In this document: in pieces, positions 52,079 through 64,000 of the stretch
Layout of the letters: each line of letters starts with the position of its first letter
How positions within the stretch are numbered: the stretch's first letter is position 1
The notes under the pieces: model-generated
The model's input: only the letters and a program-made list of their open reading frames with translations
Told to the model about the DNA's origin: nothing
The model's database searches: none
Program-made: the position numbers and the translations under genes
From: Felis catus
Taxonomy: Eukaryota
Direction of reading: 5' to 3'
DNA length: 64,000 nt
Assembly (NCBI RefSeq): GCF_018350175.1
Contig: NC_058368.1
Location: 220,536,001-220,600,000 of the forward strand

Positions 52079-52723
52079 TTAAATTTAGTACTACTTGAAG
52101 TCTAGTTATTCTAAGAAATTAATATTAAATCTGTTACTGAATTAGGATCAATGCTTTTCCAGATGAAATTACATATTATATAATGTTCAATAAAACACAC
52201 TTAACTCACCCAAAAGAACTGTAATACTTGCATATGTTCACTTCTTTCTGAGTTTTCTTAAGTTCTTTAGCTTCTGGAAACTTAATCAGGACCAGTGAAA
52301 ACTGGAGAATGATATATTTTTAAAATTTAGTTTATATGGAATAATTTTACGCTTTGATAGGCCTAAGGCATTTGATGTTTTTTATTCAGAAACCCAATAT
52401 TAACCAATCAAAAACCTTGAGTAATGAGATTATAAAGCATTTATTCTCAGTTTCTGACATAAATTGTCTCTCTGAATTTGTGGATCTCTATTATCTGGTA
52501 AAGCCCTCTAAGGGGAGAGAGCCTGAGGATAAAGCAAATAATAACACTTATTATTTTGGGCTGTATGTTATTGAATATATCAAATTATTTCTCTAAGGGA
52601 ATACAGTTGGCATTAATACACCATTAAGGTTTCAAATTTCATATCAGTAAATTTTGTGACTAGAATTCTCTTTCTTCTTGAACATATTCCTATCAGAGAT
52701 CATGGTTTTCACATCTAACCTTC

Positions 52724-53045
52724 TAATTTAGTGAAGATGAGGTTTTACTGGAGTAGAGTGTGTCCTTAATCCATTTTGACTGGTGTCCTTATAACAACAG
52801 GAATTTGGAGACTCACCCACAGTGAGAATATTATCTGAAGATTGGAGATATGCAGCCACTAGTAAAGAACTGGGAGAGAGGCTTGGAACAGACTCTTCCA
52901 TAGTGACTTCAGAGGCAGTACATCCCTGTCTACACCTTGATTTAGGATTTGGGGTTCCTAGAACAGTGAGAGAATACAATTTTGTTGTTTAAGCCACTTG
53001 GTTTGTGGTATTTTGTTGCAGCAGCCCTAATAAAATAATAATACA
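52724..53045 (+). mobile_element. MLT1B-like LTR, remaining 3' part
   Basis: taatttagtgaagatgagg...actggagtag...tgactggtgtccttata...ttgtttaagccac...gcagcccta...taataca. Confidence 0.9.
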
Positions 53046-53415
53046 ATGCTCAAACATTATTTTTTAATTAAAACGTTGTGCAAGGAAGGTAAGCATATCT
53101 CATTTGTTATATAAAAATCTCCATATTTCATCTCCATATTCATTGTTAAGTTGGATAAATATGAATTAAATGTCCAAATTCATTTGTTTGTCTCAGCCAT
53201 CATCTCCCTTGAATGTAGTTTTGCAGATCAAAAGTATAAACCATTATAAGCCCGTTCCTTTCTCATAGCCTATTTTCCTCCCTTTTCAACTCTTCGTTTT
53301 TTTGTGATTGGCTCACACCTTTGAAGCTCTAGACATTTTTTTCAGAACCTTGATTTAGTCTCTTGATGCTTTGATGATTCTTGTTTTGCAATCTTCTCTG
53401 TTGCTTTATTCTAGA

Positions 53416-53633
53416 TTTTTTTTAATGTTTATTTATTATTTTTGAGAGAGAGACACACACACAGAGCGTGAGTGAGGGACGGGCAGATACAGCAGGAGTC
53501 CCAGAATCTGAGGCAGGCTCCAGGCCCCAAGCTGTCAGCACAGAGTCCTACGTGGGGCTCAAACCCACAAACCTTGAGATCATGATCTGAGCCAAAGTTG
53601 GATGCTTAACCAACTGAGCCACCCAGGTGGCCC
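53416..53633 (-). mobile_element. CAN-SINE
   Basis: TSD tgctttattctaga / tgcttcattctaga. Confidence 0.94.
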
Positions 53634-55262
53634 TGCTTCATTCTAGAATTCTAATTTGATATATATCACCCTTGCTGGATTCGTTTTCTGAGTTTTCAAT
53701 TTTCTCTCATGGTTTCCATGACCTTTCCTGTCTCTTCTATATTCCATGAAATTCGCACACTTTGACTCCTACAACATCAATTCGGCCTGCAGAGTCATCT
53801 CCATTTCTTCATTCATTGCTAATTGCTTCAACAAATACACACTTGAACATGTGCCTGTGCCTGTAAACACACACACATTCAAGGAATCCATCTCTTAGTG
53901 GCACCTTTATAATACATACATATTTTTTCCCAATATGCCTGAATATAACAATGAGGGTTTTCAATTCTCTCTAATATTTCTTTTTTGCCTACGATTATTT
54001 GTTTTCTCTAGGTAAAATAATCTATTTTTCATCTTGACCTTTTCCTTTTATGCAGTTTATGGTATTCAAATGTTTTCTATTTATATATAAAAGAATAAAT
54101 AGAATGGTTAACTTAAATAATTGAGGTGGCTGTTCCCTGTAGTTTTAAAATTCTTTAAACCCAAGAACCTATTCTGAATGTGGAGCCTTGTAGAATACCC
54201 TGGTTAAGTTGTCAGCTTATTTATACTGGCAGGATTTTTTGTTTTGTTTTGTTTTGTTTTGTTTTGATGGGTATAGGATAAGGCAGGCAGCTGGATTCCA
54301 ACCAGATGTTGCTGTAAGGATTCATGTTGTGTGTTAAGCATTTGCTTCCTAGAGGTATTAATATTTGCTTTTTCTATTTTAGAATTATCAATCCAGGGTG
54401 GATGCTTAGAATCCTCTCCTTTGTCACTCTTGTCTATTGGGTTCCAACTGATCATAAAGTCCATTCTTCACCTATTGGCCAAACAGTTTATAAATATTAA
54501 TAATATATTCTGATATAAATGTTACTATATGGAAAATGATTTTAAACAAATCCAAGTCTAATTGGTGGAGAGTGAAAGGTAAAGCATTCCAAGTAGGATA
54601 TCTGTTGATATGAAGATCTCACTTTCTCTCTCTCTGTCCCCACCACCAACACGGTTGCTTGTTGGGGCAACAGTGCAGAAGACTCTGTGTATAAGGTGAC
54701 TATACAGACACAGCAGCAGCAGAAGATGCTTATCTATGTGTGACCTCTGCATTTACCTTGGGCTTTCTACTGGACATACACCTGTGTGTATTATTCCACA
54801 CAGCTGTGGTTCTGCCAGATTTGAGAGAAATCTGAATTCAGCGTTTTTCTATTCATGAGGTTTCCATCGTTACTATGGGAGAAATTACACTAATGATTTT
54901 TGTGTTTCTAAGCAGGAATAACATTTTAAACCATGGGAATTACAGGTCCTTGAACTAAAGTCACTCTTGTAAAATCACATGCCAGCCATGATCCTCACCT
55001 TTCAATCACTTTTTGGAATGTTCTCTACCTTTCAGCACTCAGAAATCAGGTATTCTCTATACTGTCTCCCTGCCTACAGCTTCCCTAGGGGGTAATTAAA
55101 TTTATATATTAATATTGCTAAATAACATTTAAATGACTAAAATTCATGGTTATTTGGGAAAGAGAAACTTGAACCAATGGGAAAAAGCAAGATTTAGCAC
55201 CAGTCTGCAACATAAACCAGGTTGCATGCATAAGATATCCGTGCAGCTAAGACATCATTTTT

Positions 55263-55456
55263 TAAAGTTTGTTTATTTATTTTGAGAGAGATAGCTCACA
55301 TGAACGGGGGAGGGGCAGAGAAAGAGGGAGAGAGAGAATCCCAGCAGATTCTGTGCTGTCAGTGCAGAGGCTGCTCGATCTCATGAAATGTGAGATCATG
55401 ACCTAAGCCAGACTCAAGAGTTGGACACTTAACTCACTGAACCACCCAGGCACCCT
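55263..55456 (-). mobile_element. CAN-SINE (older)
   Basis: TSD taagacatcattttt / taagacaccattttt. Confidence 0.93.
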
Positions 55457-58070
55457 TAAGACACCATTTTTATTTGTGTTAATGCCATTTCATTTAGGTG
55501 TACAGAGCCACCCTAAACAGTTTGCTTCTATATTTACTTTTATAATTAAAAACAAATATTAAAGCAATTACATCTATGTTTTAAATGTTTACTTGAACAT
55601 CTTGTCATGTTTTGCAATGCACATCCCAACATCTTAATTTACTTCTTCATTAAATTCATTTGTTCTCTCAATGAGTAGTCAATCTAAGCGCAAAGATTTA
55701 TGCAACTAACACATACCAAGATCCTTTCAAAATGCTTACCTACAGATTTATCCCCAAGTGTCTATGTTTATTGCTAGTTTCTGAATTATATATCTTTATC
55801 TAAAAAGAATGCTCCCATTAGGGCACATCAAATTTTCAAGTGTATTAATAGAAAACAAAAGGCTATGATTTACCCACACCAAGTTTACTTCTCTTAATAT
55901 CAAGTAGCTGTAACTTTTGAATAATCTTCAATTACTGGAGGTAATATTTGTTGACAAATAACTTCAAATATTTGAGAAAACAAAATAATTGAAATTCTCA
56001 GAGTTCATAATTTTCTTGATTAACATGGTTCTCATTTTCTGGGTACAATTAACTTTTCTACATGTAAGATACACATATTTCAATGCACAAAGAAAAAGCA
56101 GATAGCAAATTACTCAATAAAATTTGCCTTGTAGTTGAGCAATGAGGACACAATGTACCTCATGTTGATACAGTTAGTCATTTTGCTTTTCATGTGGCAC
56201 CTGGATCTTCATCTGTTTTATTCCATTTTTATTTTCGGGAACAAACTATAACCGTGAGTACACTTTCAATACTAGCTGCCACAGAGTTGTAGAATTTTAA
56301 AGCTGGAAGAAACCTAAGAGATTAGCTCATTTAGCACATTAGGAATTTCTAGCTGCGATTTTGGCAGGCCCAAAGTAAAGTAGCTCCACAAAGGAAAAAT
56401 ATGTAATATACAAAGATTTGTGGTTTTCCCGAAAATGTGTTAGCACAGAACTTACATCCTAAAATGTGTATTCCTAACAAGAACATTTATAGGTCCTGAA
56501 GCCCCCCACCCACCCCGTCCCCTCCGTGTTGCTCCTGAGTTTCCAGCCACCTCTCCTAATAGATCCACGTCCGTTACCATCACTGCTGCTCTGGAGCCCT
56601 CTGACCACTCTTCTGAAAACAATCCTCTGGAACTTAATGCTGGGTCCCTTTGTGTGGGAGCATAAATATAGCACTAGTCCTGTGCTCGCACAGAGTTGCT
56701 CTCTTCAGTAGCAGGGGTAGCCGCAGCCAGCCTTAAGTGGAAATTCGGAAAGTGTAGCGCAGATATTCCATTTGGGTGGATATTTCCAGAAACGGAATTT
56801 GGAATCATATATTTTTACATGCTTTCGTGCTCAGAAATGATATCAATCAAACCGTTGCTGCTGTGCAACCACGGTGCTAAGTAGACTTTAGGATTTAACA
56901 GTTCTAAGAAGAGTTAATGGATAGATCAGATAAGCAGTTTGTAAGGGGACTGAAAAGACCAGACTCATTTTCCTTGTCTCTTATCAAATTGTGCGCTAGG
57001 CAGCTCAGGGCCATTTCTTAACATCAGACCAATTGAATTTTAAAGCTAAGCTTATGATATTCTCTAACTCAAAAATCGAACTGCAGATGACACTTTTTGA
57101 ATGCTTGGTCCCTTCCAGTGTAGGATGAATATATTTCCAAATAATTAAGACTTTTAATGAAGGATTAAAATAAAGAACTGGGCTTTTGCACATTTGCACA
57201 GGGTCTGTTCACCTCATGACACGGAGTTATCTGAACTTTTAAAAACTCCTAGAAATTGCTGAGAACTGTGCCCAGGTTGCTACCCACATAAATGGTATCA
57301 TGCCACGATAATGACCGATCTTCAGGAAGAATTTTCAATCGCTTGTAACCAATGAAAGGGAAACTTCCAGAATTCCATTAATCAGAGGATTTCTCCTGCC
57401 TTACATTTTGCCCTTAGATTACAAATTCAGGGAGACATAATCATCTCATTCTGAAGTGGCATACTCTCTTGCCTGGAAATTAAAATAATTCAGCCTTGAG
57501 ATGGATTAATTGTGTAGTCTTTGTTTATTCTTTAATACATATCAATGGAATTTGTTTGTTGGCATAATTAAAATAAATTGGTAAATATCAGTCTGACTTT
57601 GTAAATTTTTTGCAACTTAAATAGGTAGATGATATCTATGCCCATGAAACTTAGGATAATTTCAAATCACAAGTGGAATAAAAAGGGACATACAGTAGAT
57701 TGATTATTTACTATCACATAATCTTACACAGGCTCCAGCTCTCACCTTACTCCGTCAATTCCTCAAGAAATAGCCCTGATATTTCAAAGTGTTTTTCTAG
57801 CTCAACATAATCACACACCTAAACCAATAAATAATAAAAAAAATTACACATTTATTTTTGTTTAATATTCATTTATTTGTTAGCATTTGTTCTATGTTAG
57901 TTACTTCTTGGTGATGCTTTTGTTACAGTAATTCACAGAGTTTGGTGGCTTCTGATGGGGTTGTGATCTTTTGTGAATGAGTACATTTAAGATTCAAAGC
58001 AAATTTGAACTTTAGGAACAGTGATCATCTTCAGAAAACATCCCCATATACATTGATTATTGCCCTAAAT

Positions 58071-58256
58071 ATTTTTAAATTTTATTTATTTATTTTGAAA
58101 GAGAAAGGGGTCGGGGAGAGGCAGAGAGAGACAGAGAATTCCAAGTAGGCTCAACACTGTCAGCACAGAGCCCGTCAAGAGCTTGAACCAAGAGATCATG
58201 ATCTGAGCTGAAATCAAGAGTCAGACACCTAACTGACTGAGCCACCCAGGTGCCCC
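58071..58256 (-). mobile_element. CAN-SINE (older)
   Basis: TSD tgccctaaat (58061-58070 / 58257-58266). Confidence 0.93.
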
Positions 58257-58339
58257 TGCCCTAAATCTTAACTTTAGTCTAATGAATGTCATGAGGCAAG
58301 ACTCTTGTTTTTATAATTTGTTTTTCCTCAAAAGTCAAT

Positions 58340-58518
58340 CAGGTGTGGCTATATAATTTATACTTAAATTATTTATACTAAATAAAATTTTAAATTCTGT
58401 TTCTTAGTGACACTAGCATTATTTCAAGTGTTCAATAGCTACATGTGTAGCTCTGTGGTTACCTACTTAGCACAGAATATCTCCACACACTGCAGAAATT
58501 TCTATTGCTAGAACAGCT
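58340..58518 (-). mobile_element. MER3-like hAT-Charlie element
   Basis: 'tgtggctat...aaataaaattttaaattctgtttcttagtgacactagc...atttcaagtgttcaatagctacatgtg...gcagaaatttctattg'. Confidence 0.8.
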
Positions 58519-59833
58519 CTAATGGAGATTTTCTACTATAGGCATTTTGATAACCAGTGATCAACAGTGGCATGATGCAACTTATTTTGTATATTATTAT
58601 TAAAAATATAACCTAATTGAAATTTATTTCTCACTTTATGTGTATATATTTATCTTTAGTTCCTGGTTACCATTGGTTATGTTTTATTCTTAATAACACC
58701 CTTTCTATGATTGCCTATGATGTTAACCTCTGTATCAATGACAACATTCAGTGCAAGTCTTCCCTATTATTTCTTAGTCACTCATTTCTTACAGAGAAAA
58801 TATAAAGCCTAGGGTACTACTGAGTTTGGCAGAATGAACTTTCTGTGAAGAAGATGAGATGATTTCTTTTAACAAATTATATGATAAGGGCATTAACACG
58901 GGTTCTTAGTCTCTATTTTCAAGCAAAAGCAAATCAAAATGTCACTTAAGTTTGAAGTGGGTATATTTTTGTTTCCTACTCTGATTTTCTCTATAAATCT
59001 TTTTTTATTCACTTGCATTTTTCATTTACTTAATTCAGAAATGACAGAAGTAAAGCATATGTTGCTAATTTTGGTTTTGCATTTCAGGATATCCGATTTT
59101 CACTAACATTTTAAGATATTTAGAGGTAGCAACAGTGGTTCATTTTATAAATAAATCCTTATTAAGTGGTACAATGAGCCAGCCACTCTTCTGAACAACA
59201 AAAACAACAACAAAACTGAAGGAAAAGGTGATGCAACCATCCGAAGAAGGAATATTCTAAGCAGTGGAAAGTCTTAGTCTCAACACCTTGAGTAGGAACA
59301 AGCCTAGTGATCTGAAAGAACAATAAAGCCAGTGTAACCAGAGCAGTGAGTAGGTAAACACAGAGCAGCAGATGAGTCTGGGATCATAGTGGCCTAACTC
59401 ATGTAGAAGACTGATGGGCTAAATGTTGCCGCTGACATTTTCTAACAGAGGATTTGTAAGAACTGGCTTATTTTATAAATGGGTTTTCCAATACTTTGTG
59501 GAGAAAAGACAGCTTGAAAAGGGGTGGAGGCAGAAAAAAGAAGACCCATGTGTTTTTTCAGATAAGGTCTATTAGTAGCTTGACCTGAAAACTCATGATA
59601 AAGACATTGAGAAGGAGACAGATTCTGGACACACTTTGAAAATTGAATCATCAGAATTTTCTCATGAATAGGAAGTTCAAAGTGAGAGAAGACAAAGGTA
59701 AAAAGTATTGCTCTAAGTATCGATTGGAACAACTATATTGATGGACCAAGCATTTAATAAAATAGGAAAGAGTAAGCAGAGTAGCAGTCTCCAAACCCTC
59801 CCCACCCCTTAACGAGAGACTGAATCAGAAGTA

Positions 59834-60442
59834 GAGTGTCATCAATAGAAAAATCCATAAGAAACATGTGGGGTGTGTGTGTGTGTATACTTGTACATAT
59901 ACACATGGCACACACAGTGGAACATTACTCAGTCATAAAAAGGATGATATTGTGCCACTTGCAACAACATGGATGGACCTAGATAGTATTATGCTAAATG
60001 AAATAAGTCAGACAGGGAAAGGCAAATACCATATGATTCCACTCATATATGGAATCTAAAAAACAAAATAAATAAACAAACAAGCAATACAGAATCAGAC
60101 CTATAAATACAGAGAAAAAAACTGATGGTTGCCAGTGGGGTACGGATGGGCAATAAGCCAAGTGAGTGAAGGGGTGTGGGAGATACAGACTTCCAGTTAA
60201 AGAATGAAAAATTCACAGGAACAAAAGGGACAACATAGAAATATGGGCGGTGATACTGTAATAGTGTTGTATGGTGACAGATAGTAGCTACACTTGTGGT
60301 GAGCATAGCATAATGTATACAGAAGTTGAATCACTATGTCGTTCACTTGAAATGAAGTCACATTGTGTCACCTGTACTCAAAAAAAATTAAATAAAAATA
60401 AAAATAATATACTATTTTTCTAAAACAAAAAGCAAAAAAATA
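59834..60442 (+). mobile_element. Carnivore L1 3' end (5'-truncated)
   Basis: 'gcaacaacatggatggacctaga...attatgctaaatgaaataagtcagacag...gtatggtgacagat...gttgaatcactatgt'; A tail; TSD aatcagaagta / aattagaagta. Confidence 0.92.
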
Positions 60443-60525
60443 AATTAGAAGTAAGTTTGCCAATTTCATCAGCTAGAAGGCGTTTAATACTATGGGATTA
60501 GGTGGGATCACCAAAAGAGAAAATA

Positions 60526-60716
60526 GTCTTTTATTTATTTATTTTTTTAATGCTTATTTATTTTTGAGAGAGAGTAAGCAGAGGAGGAGCAGAAAGAAAG
60601 GGAGACAAAGAATCCCAAGCAGGCTCAAGCAGGGTTGAACTCATGAACCATGAAATAATGGCCTGAGTCAAAATCAAGAGTCAGAAGATTAGTGGACTGA
60701 GTTGACCAGGCGACCC
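60526..60716 (-). mobile_element. CAN-SINE (older, internally shortened)
   Basis: TSD aagagaaaata (60515-60525 / 60717-60727). Confidence 0.9.
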
Positions 60717-61559
60717 AAGAGAAAATATAAAGAAAAATGTCTCCCAAATAGAATCTGAGACCTTAGGTATGAGGAAGAACTAGTAAAGGAGGCTGAGAAG
60801 ACATGAAGGAGGAGAGACAGTGGAAACCTGGAAACTGGAGAAAATATTTCAAGGAAGAGAGGATAATAAATTGAGCCAAAGAGTTGCTGAACTGTCCAGT
60901 AAGATGATATTGGATTTATAAGCTGGTATAGGAAGTGTTGATAAAAGGATGAGAACAAAAGGCTGCTCAAAGAACAAATGATGGAAGAGATAGATTGCTA
61001 GAAAGCAACTGAATCATTACTATTTTTTTTAATGGGAGAAATAATATCATGTTAGTATGCTCTTAGGAATGAGAAGTGAGCCAGTAGAAAGAAACATTGA
61101 TAATGCAGGAAAGAGATGTGAGAGTGGAGAAGTTGATTTAAAAAAAAAGTGGGGGGGGGGGTGGATCTGGCTTCAGAGACAAAAAAGGAGAGTCAATCTA
61201 CTATAACAGGAAGACAAAAATAACATGGTGCACATGTTGGTAGATGGGCCCATGTGACAGGAATGCCTAGAACCTCTCTTCCAGATACTTCTCTCTTCTG
61301 AGACATATAGAAAACTAAACCTTTGGCTGAGACTCAACAGATCTTATTGAAGTTATGAGGAGCAAGGAAAAACATAGGGATGTGTTTTTCTAGAAAAGAA
61401 GGAAATGAAATTGCTAAGCAGCAGATGTCCATGTGAGAGTGAAGGTCATTATACTCATAATATGATTGAAAATTACTACTAAGAATATTTTTCCCTCCAA
61501 CATTTCAGCTGTAGGAATTCAGGCTTTGATTAGCTAAATAATTGGATTTAAATATGTTT

Positions 61560-61769
61560 TGTTGTTGTTGTTTTTGTTTTCCTGTTTTAAAGTTTATTTC
61601 TTTTGAGAGAGAGAGAAACAGTGAGGGAGGGGAAGAGAGAGAAGGGGCACAGAGGATCTGAAGTGGTCTCTGTGCTGACAGCAGAGAGCAGAGATGTGGG
61701 GCTCCAAACTCAGGAGCCTTGAGATCAAGACCTGTCACACGCTTAACCGACTGAGTCGCCTAGGCGGTC
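61560..61769 (-). mobile_element. CAN-SINE (diverged)
   Basis: 'tttatttcttttgagagagag...ctctgtgctgacagc...cgcttaaccgactgagtcgcctaggcg'. Confidence 0.88.
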
Positions 61770-61900
61770 GGGTTCATGTTTTTGTTTGTTTGTTTGTTTG
61801 TTTGTTTGTTTTTATGTTAAAAGTGAGAGGGCAATGGAGTTAGAGTGTATCTGGAAAGTGGTTATCAAATTTAAGCCAAATAAGAAGGCGGGGTGGGGGT

Positions 61901-62121
61901 GGGGTGCCTGGGTTGTTCAATGGGTTTAGCTTCGATTTCAGCGCAGGTCATGATCTCTCAGTTCATGGGTTTGAGTCCCACCACAGGCTCTCTGCTGACG
62001 GCTCAGAGCCTGGAGCCTGCTTCAGATTCTATGTCTCACCCTTTCCCTGCCCCTCCCCTGCTTGTGTTCTCTCTCTTTGTCTCTTGAAAATAAATAAATT
62101 TTAAAAAATAAAATAAAATTT
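61901..62121 (+). mobile_element. CAN-SINE
   Basis: TSD aaataagaagg (61878-61888 / 62122-62132) with an extra G-rich 12 nt before the head. Confidence 0.92.
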
Positions 62122-63876
62122 AAATAAGAAGGGAAGTGAGGACATGAAGTTTGTTGGACAGCAAAGGAGAAAATGGATCGCACATGCTGATGGTGTTTAA
62201 TGATTGGTAAAGACAGAGTAAGAGGGAGCAGATGAGAAAGACAGGGAGGGAATTGGCACTAGACGCTTGAGATGCTTGATGCACATTGGAAGGGGAACAT
62301 GGGTTTGGGGGTTCAAGACTCTCTTGCAGGAATAAATGGTTGGGGCAGCCCAGAAAATGGCATTGGAGGATAAAAGCGTAAGGAATTGGTATCCAGGTGT
62401 GGGAAGATGGGTATTGTGCATAATAATATTAAAGAGCACTGTGAGAGGAGTAGGGCTGGAGCCAATGATAATGAACTGGGGTAAAATATGCAAGACCTGA
62501 GGAATCTGACCAACAGCCAGCCTATGTGTGCAACATGAAGGACTAGCCAGCACAGGCGGATGCCATGGCATCCAGAAATAGGGGGCTTTTTAACTAGGAG
62601 GGGAACATGGCATTGAAGAAGAGACAGGCATCTATATTGTGAATGCAAATGTGTGATCATGGGTGTGAAAATGCACAAGAGGATATTTTAAAATCATAAA
62701 ACAAGTGGTGTTTAGCAGAATGGAAGGATGTGTCTTTCCCCTTTCTTTCCTTTTCTAATCTTCTTGCCTTAACTGCTTCCATTTCTGAGAACTCATTCCA
62801 CCTGCAGCGTGAAATTGTTTGGGACTAGTATATGCTCTCCCATTGCATACTTGATAGCTTGACCTTGGTCTCAGGCTACTTTCTGAACCGCCTGTGTTGT
62901 TTCTCTGTTAGCCTTTTACCCCCCAAGTAGAAGTTAAAGGCACACTTGATAGGTCTCAATATGTATGTCTTTTGTGCAGCTTCGTGGTGGGAAAGTCCAT
63001 TGCTCTTAATAGTTTTACTTCCCAGGGTAGTTCTACTTTTTCTCCTTCAAATCCATTGACCCCTAATCTTTTGAGCATAAAGAGCAAAAGATAATATACT
63101 GGCTATAAATATATTCAGTCGTAGCAGGCTGCTTATTTTCAGACTGAACATGCTGTTCTATTCCTACTACCTCCTATTAGGGGGGAAAAATGTGATGTAG
63201 GTCACTGTTCATTCACAACTAAATTTGAAGGATTATAAATCTTTCAAAGTAAACTTTAGGGGGTTGTTTTTAAAAATCCAAACTAAAAAATACCATACTG
63301 AATTCGAGATTATTTACATAAATAAACCAAATGATATAATTAATCTCAGCTTAGACCCACTGAGAAACATACTTAATTTGATTAAACATTACCTATTATG
63401 AGCAGTATGGTTTGGGTCACTAGAATGGAAGCAGAGACAACTGATTAAATTCCAGTGAGTATCCTCAACTATTTTACACAACTCAATGTTTCATGTTCAG
63501 GTAACTCTATGACTCTGTTGAACCATTTCAGACACTTTCAGCTTTACCTGTCCCAGGTTTAGAGCGACCAATTTTGTGTGTGCTTTTCCCAGACTCCTCC
63601 ATAGTGACCAATTCTATACTAACATGAACCAACTTCTTGTCTCAAGTTTGCAGTACACTAAGTAGTGTTGCCCTGTTGCTGCTAAGGCATGAGACACCGA
63701 GAAACACACAGGGCACCCACACATGCCCAACTCCAAGGTGTAGGGAGCTAAAACTCATGGAGACAATTATAGACAGGAAATGGTTATTTTCTTTCTTCTT
63801 TCTATTAGACATTCCTGTCCTGAGATATAATACTTTTTAAGGCTCTAGAAGACAGGCCAGGAATATGTGCCCCTAA

Positions 63877-64000
63877 GGGTGCCCAGGTGGCTCAGTCGGT
63901 TAAGCATCCATTCTTGATTTGGGCTCAGTGCATGATCTTGCCATCATGATACTGAGACTCCTGTTGTGCTCTGTGCTGGGAATGGAGTCTGCTTAAGATT
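63877..64000 (+). mobile_element. CAN-SINE (older), cut by the window edge
   Basis: 'gggtgcccaggtggctcagtcggttaagcatcc'. Confidence 0.9.

Larger units (their letters stand above)
59215..62720 (-). mobile_element. Long decayed L2 interrupted by an L1 and three SINEs
   Basis: Purine-rich antisense L2 text ('gaaggaatattctaagcagtggaaa', 'gacagattctggacacactttgaa', 'gaggaagaactagtaaaggaggctgagaag', 'aggaatgagaagtgagccagtaga'); the right boundary is uncertain. Confidence 0.65.

Noticed and set aside
1..64000. A novel multi-gene system, CRISPR array or non-retroviral endogenous viral element
   Set aside because: The longest ORF is 143 aa, and the longer ORFs are largely explained by SINEs, LINEs or microsatellites. 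There is no repeat-spacer array. The only viral motifs seen are decayed ERV-L. A tBLASTx/HMMER search of the masked sequence would be the decisive check.

Overview
This is mammalian nuclear DNA, most likely from a felid. The evidence is 22 tRNA-derived carnivore SINE (CAN-SINE) copies, several of the young felid SINEC_Fc type, plus felid/carnivore L1 3' ends. The window is AT-rich, CpG-poor and dominated by repeats. I find no credible host protein-coding exon, RNA gene or prokaryote-type system, so it reads as a gene desert or large intron. The main contents are two decayed, same-orientation ERV-L (LTR16-type) proviruses at ~4.7-11.1 kb and ~16.4-21.0 kb, each carrying nested younger elements. 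There are also solo LTRs (MER74-, MLT2-, MLT1-, ERV1-like), a 4.3-kb L1 ORF2-to-3' remnant, other L1/L2/L3 pieces, hAT-Charlie MITEs (MER20, MER58, MER3), MIRs and microsatellites. The most notable structure is an MLT1B LTR split into two complementary halves on opposite strands, implying a ~750-bp inversion. Other points worth checking are a head-only SINE remnant, closely spaced inverted SINE pairs and a CpG-retaining unique block near 56.5-57.4 kb. I see no evidence of a novel biological system. Repeat family names come from my recollection of consensus sequences and need RepeatMasker/Dfam confirmation. Boundaries of old elements are approximate.
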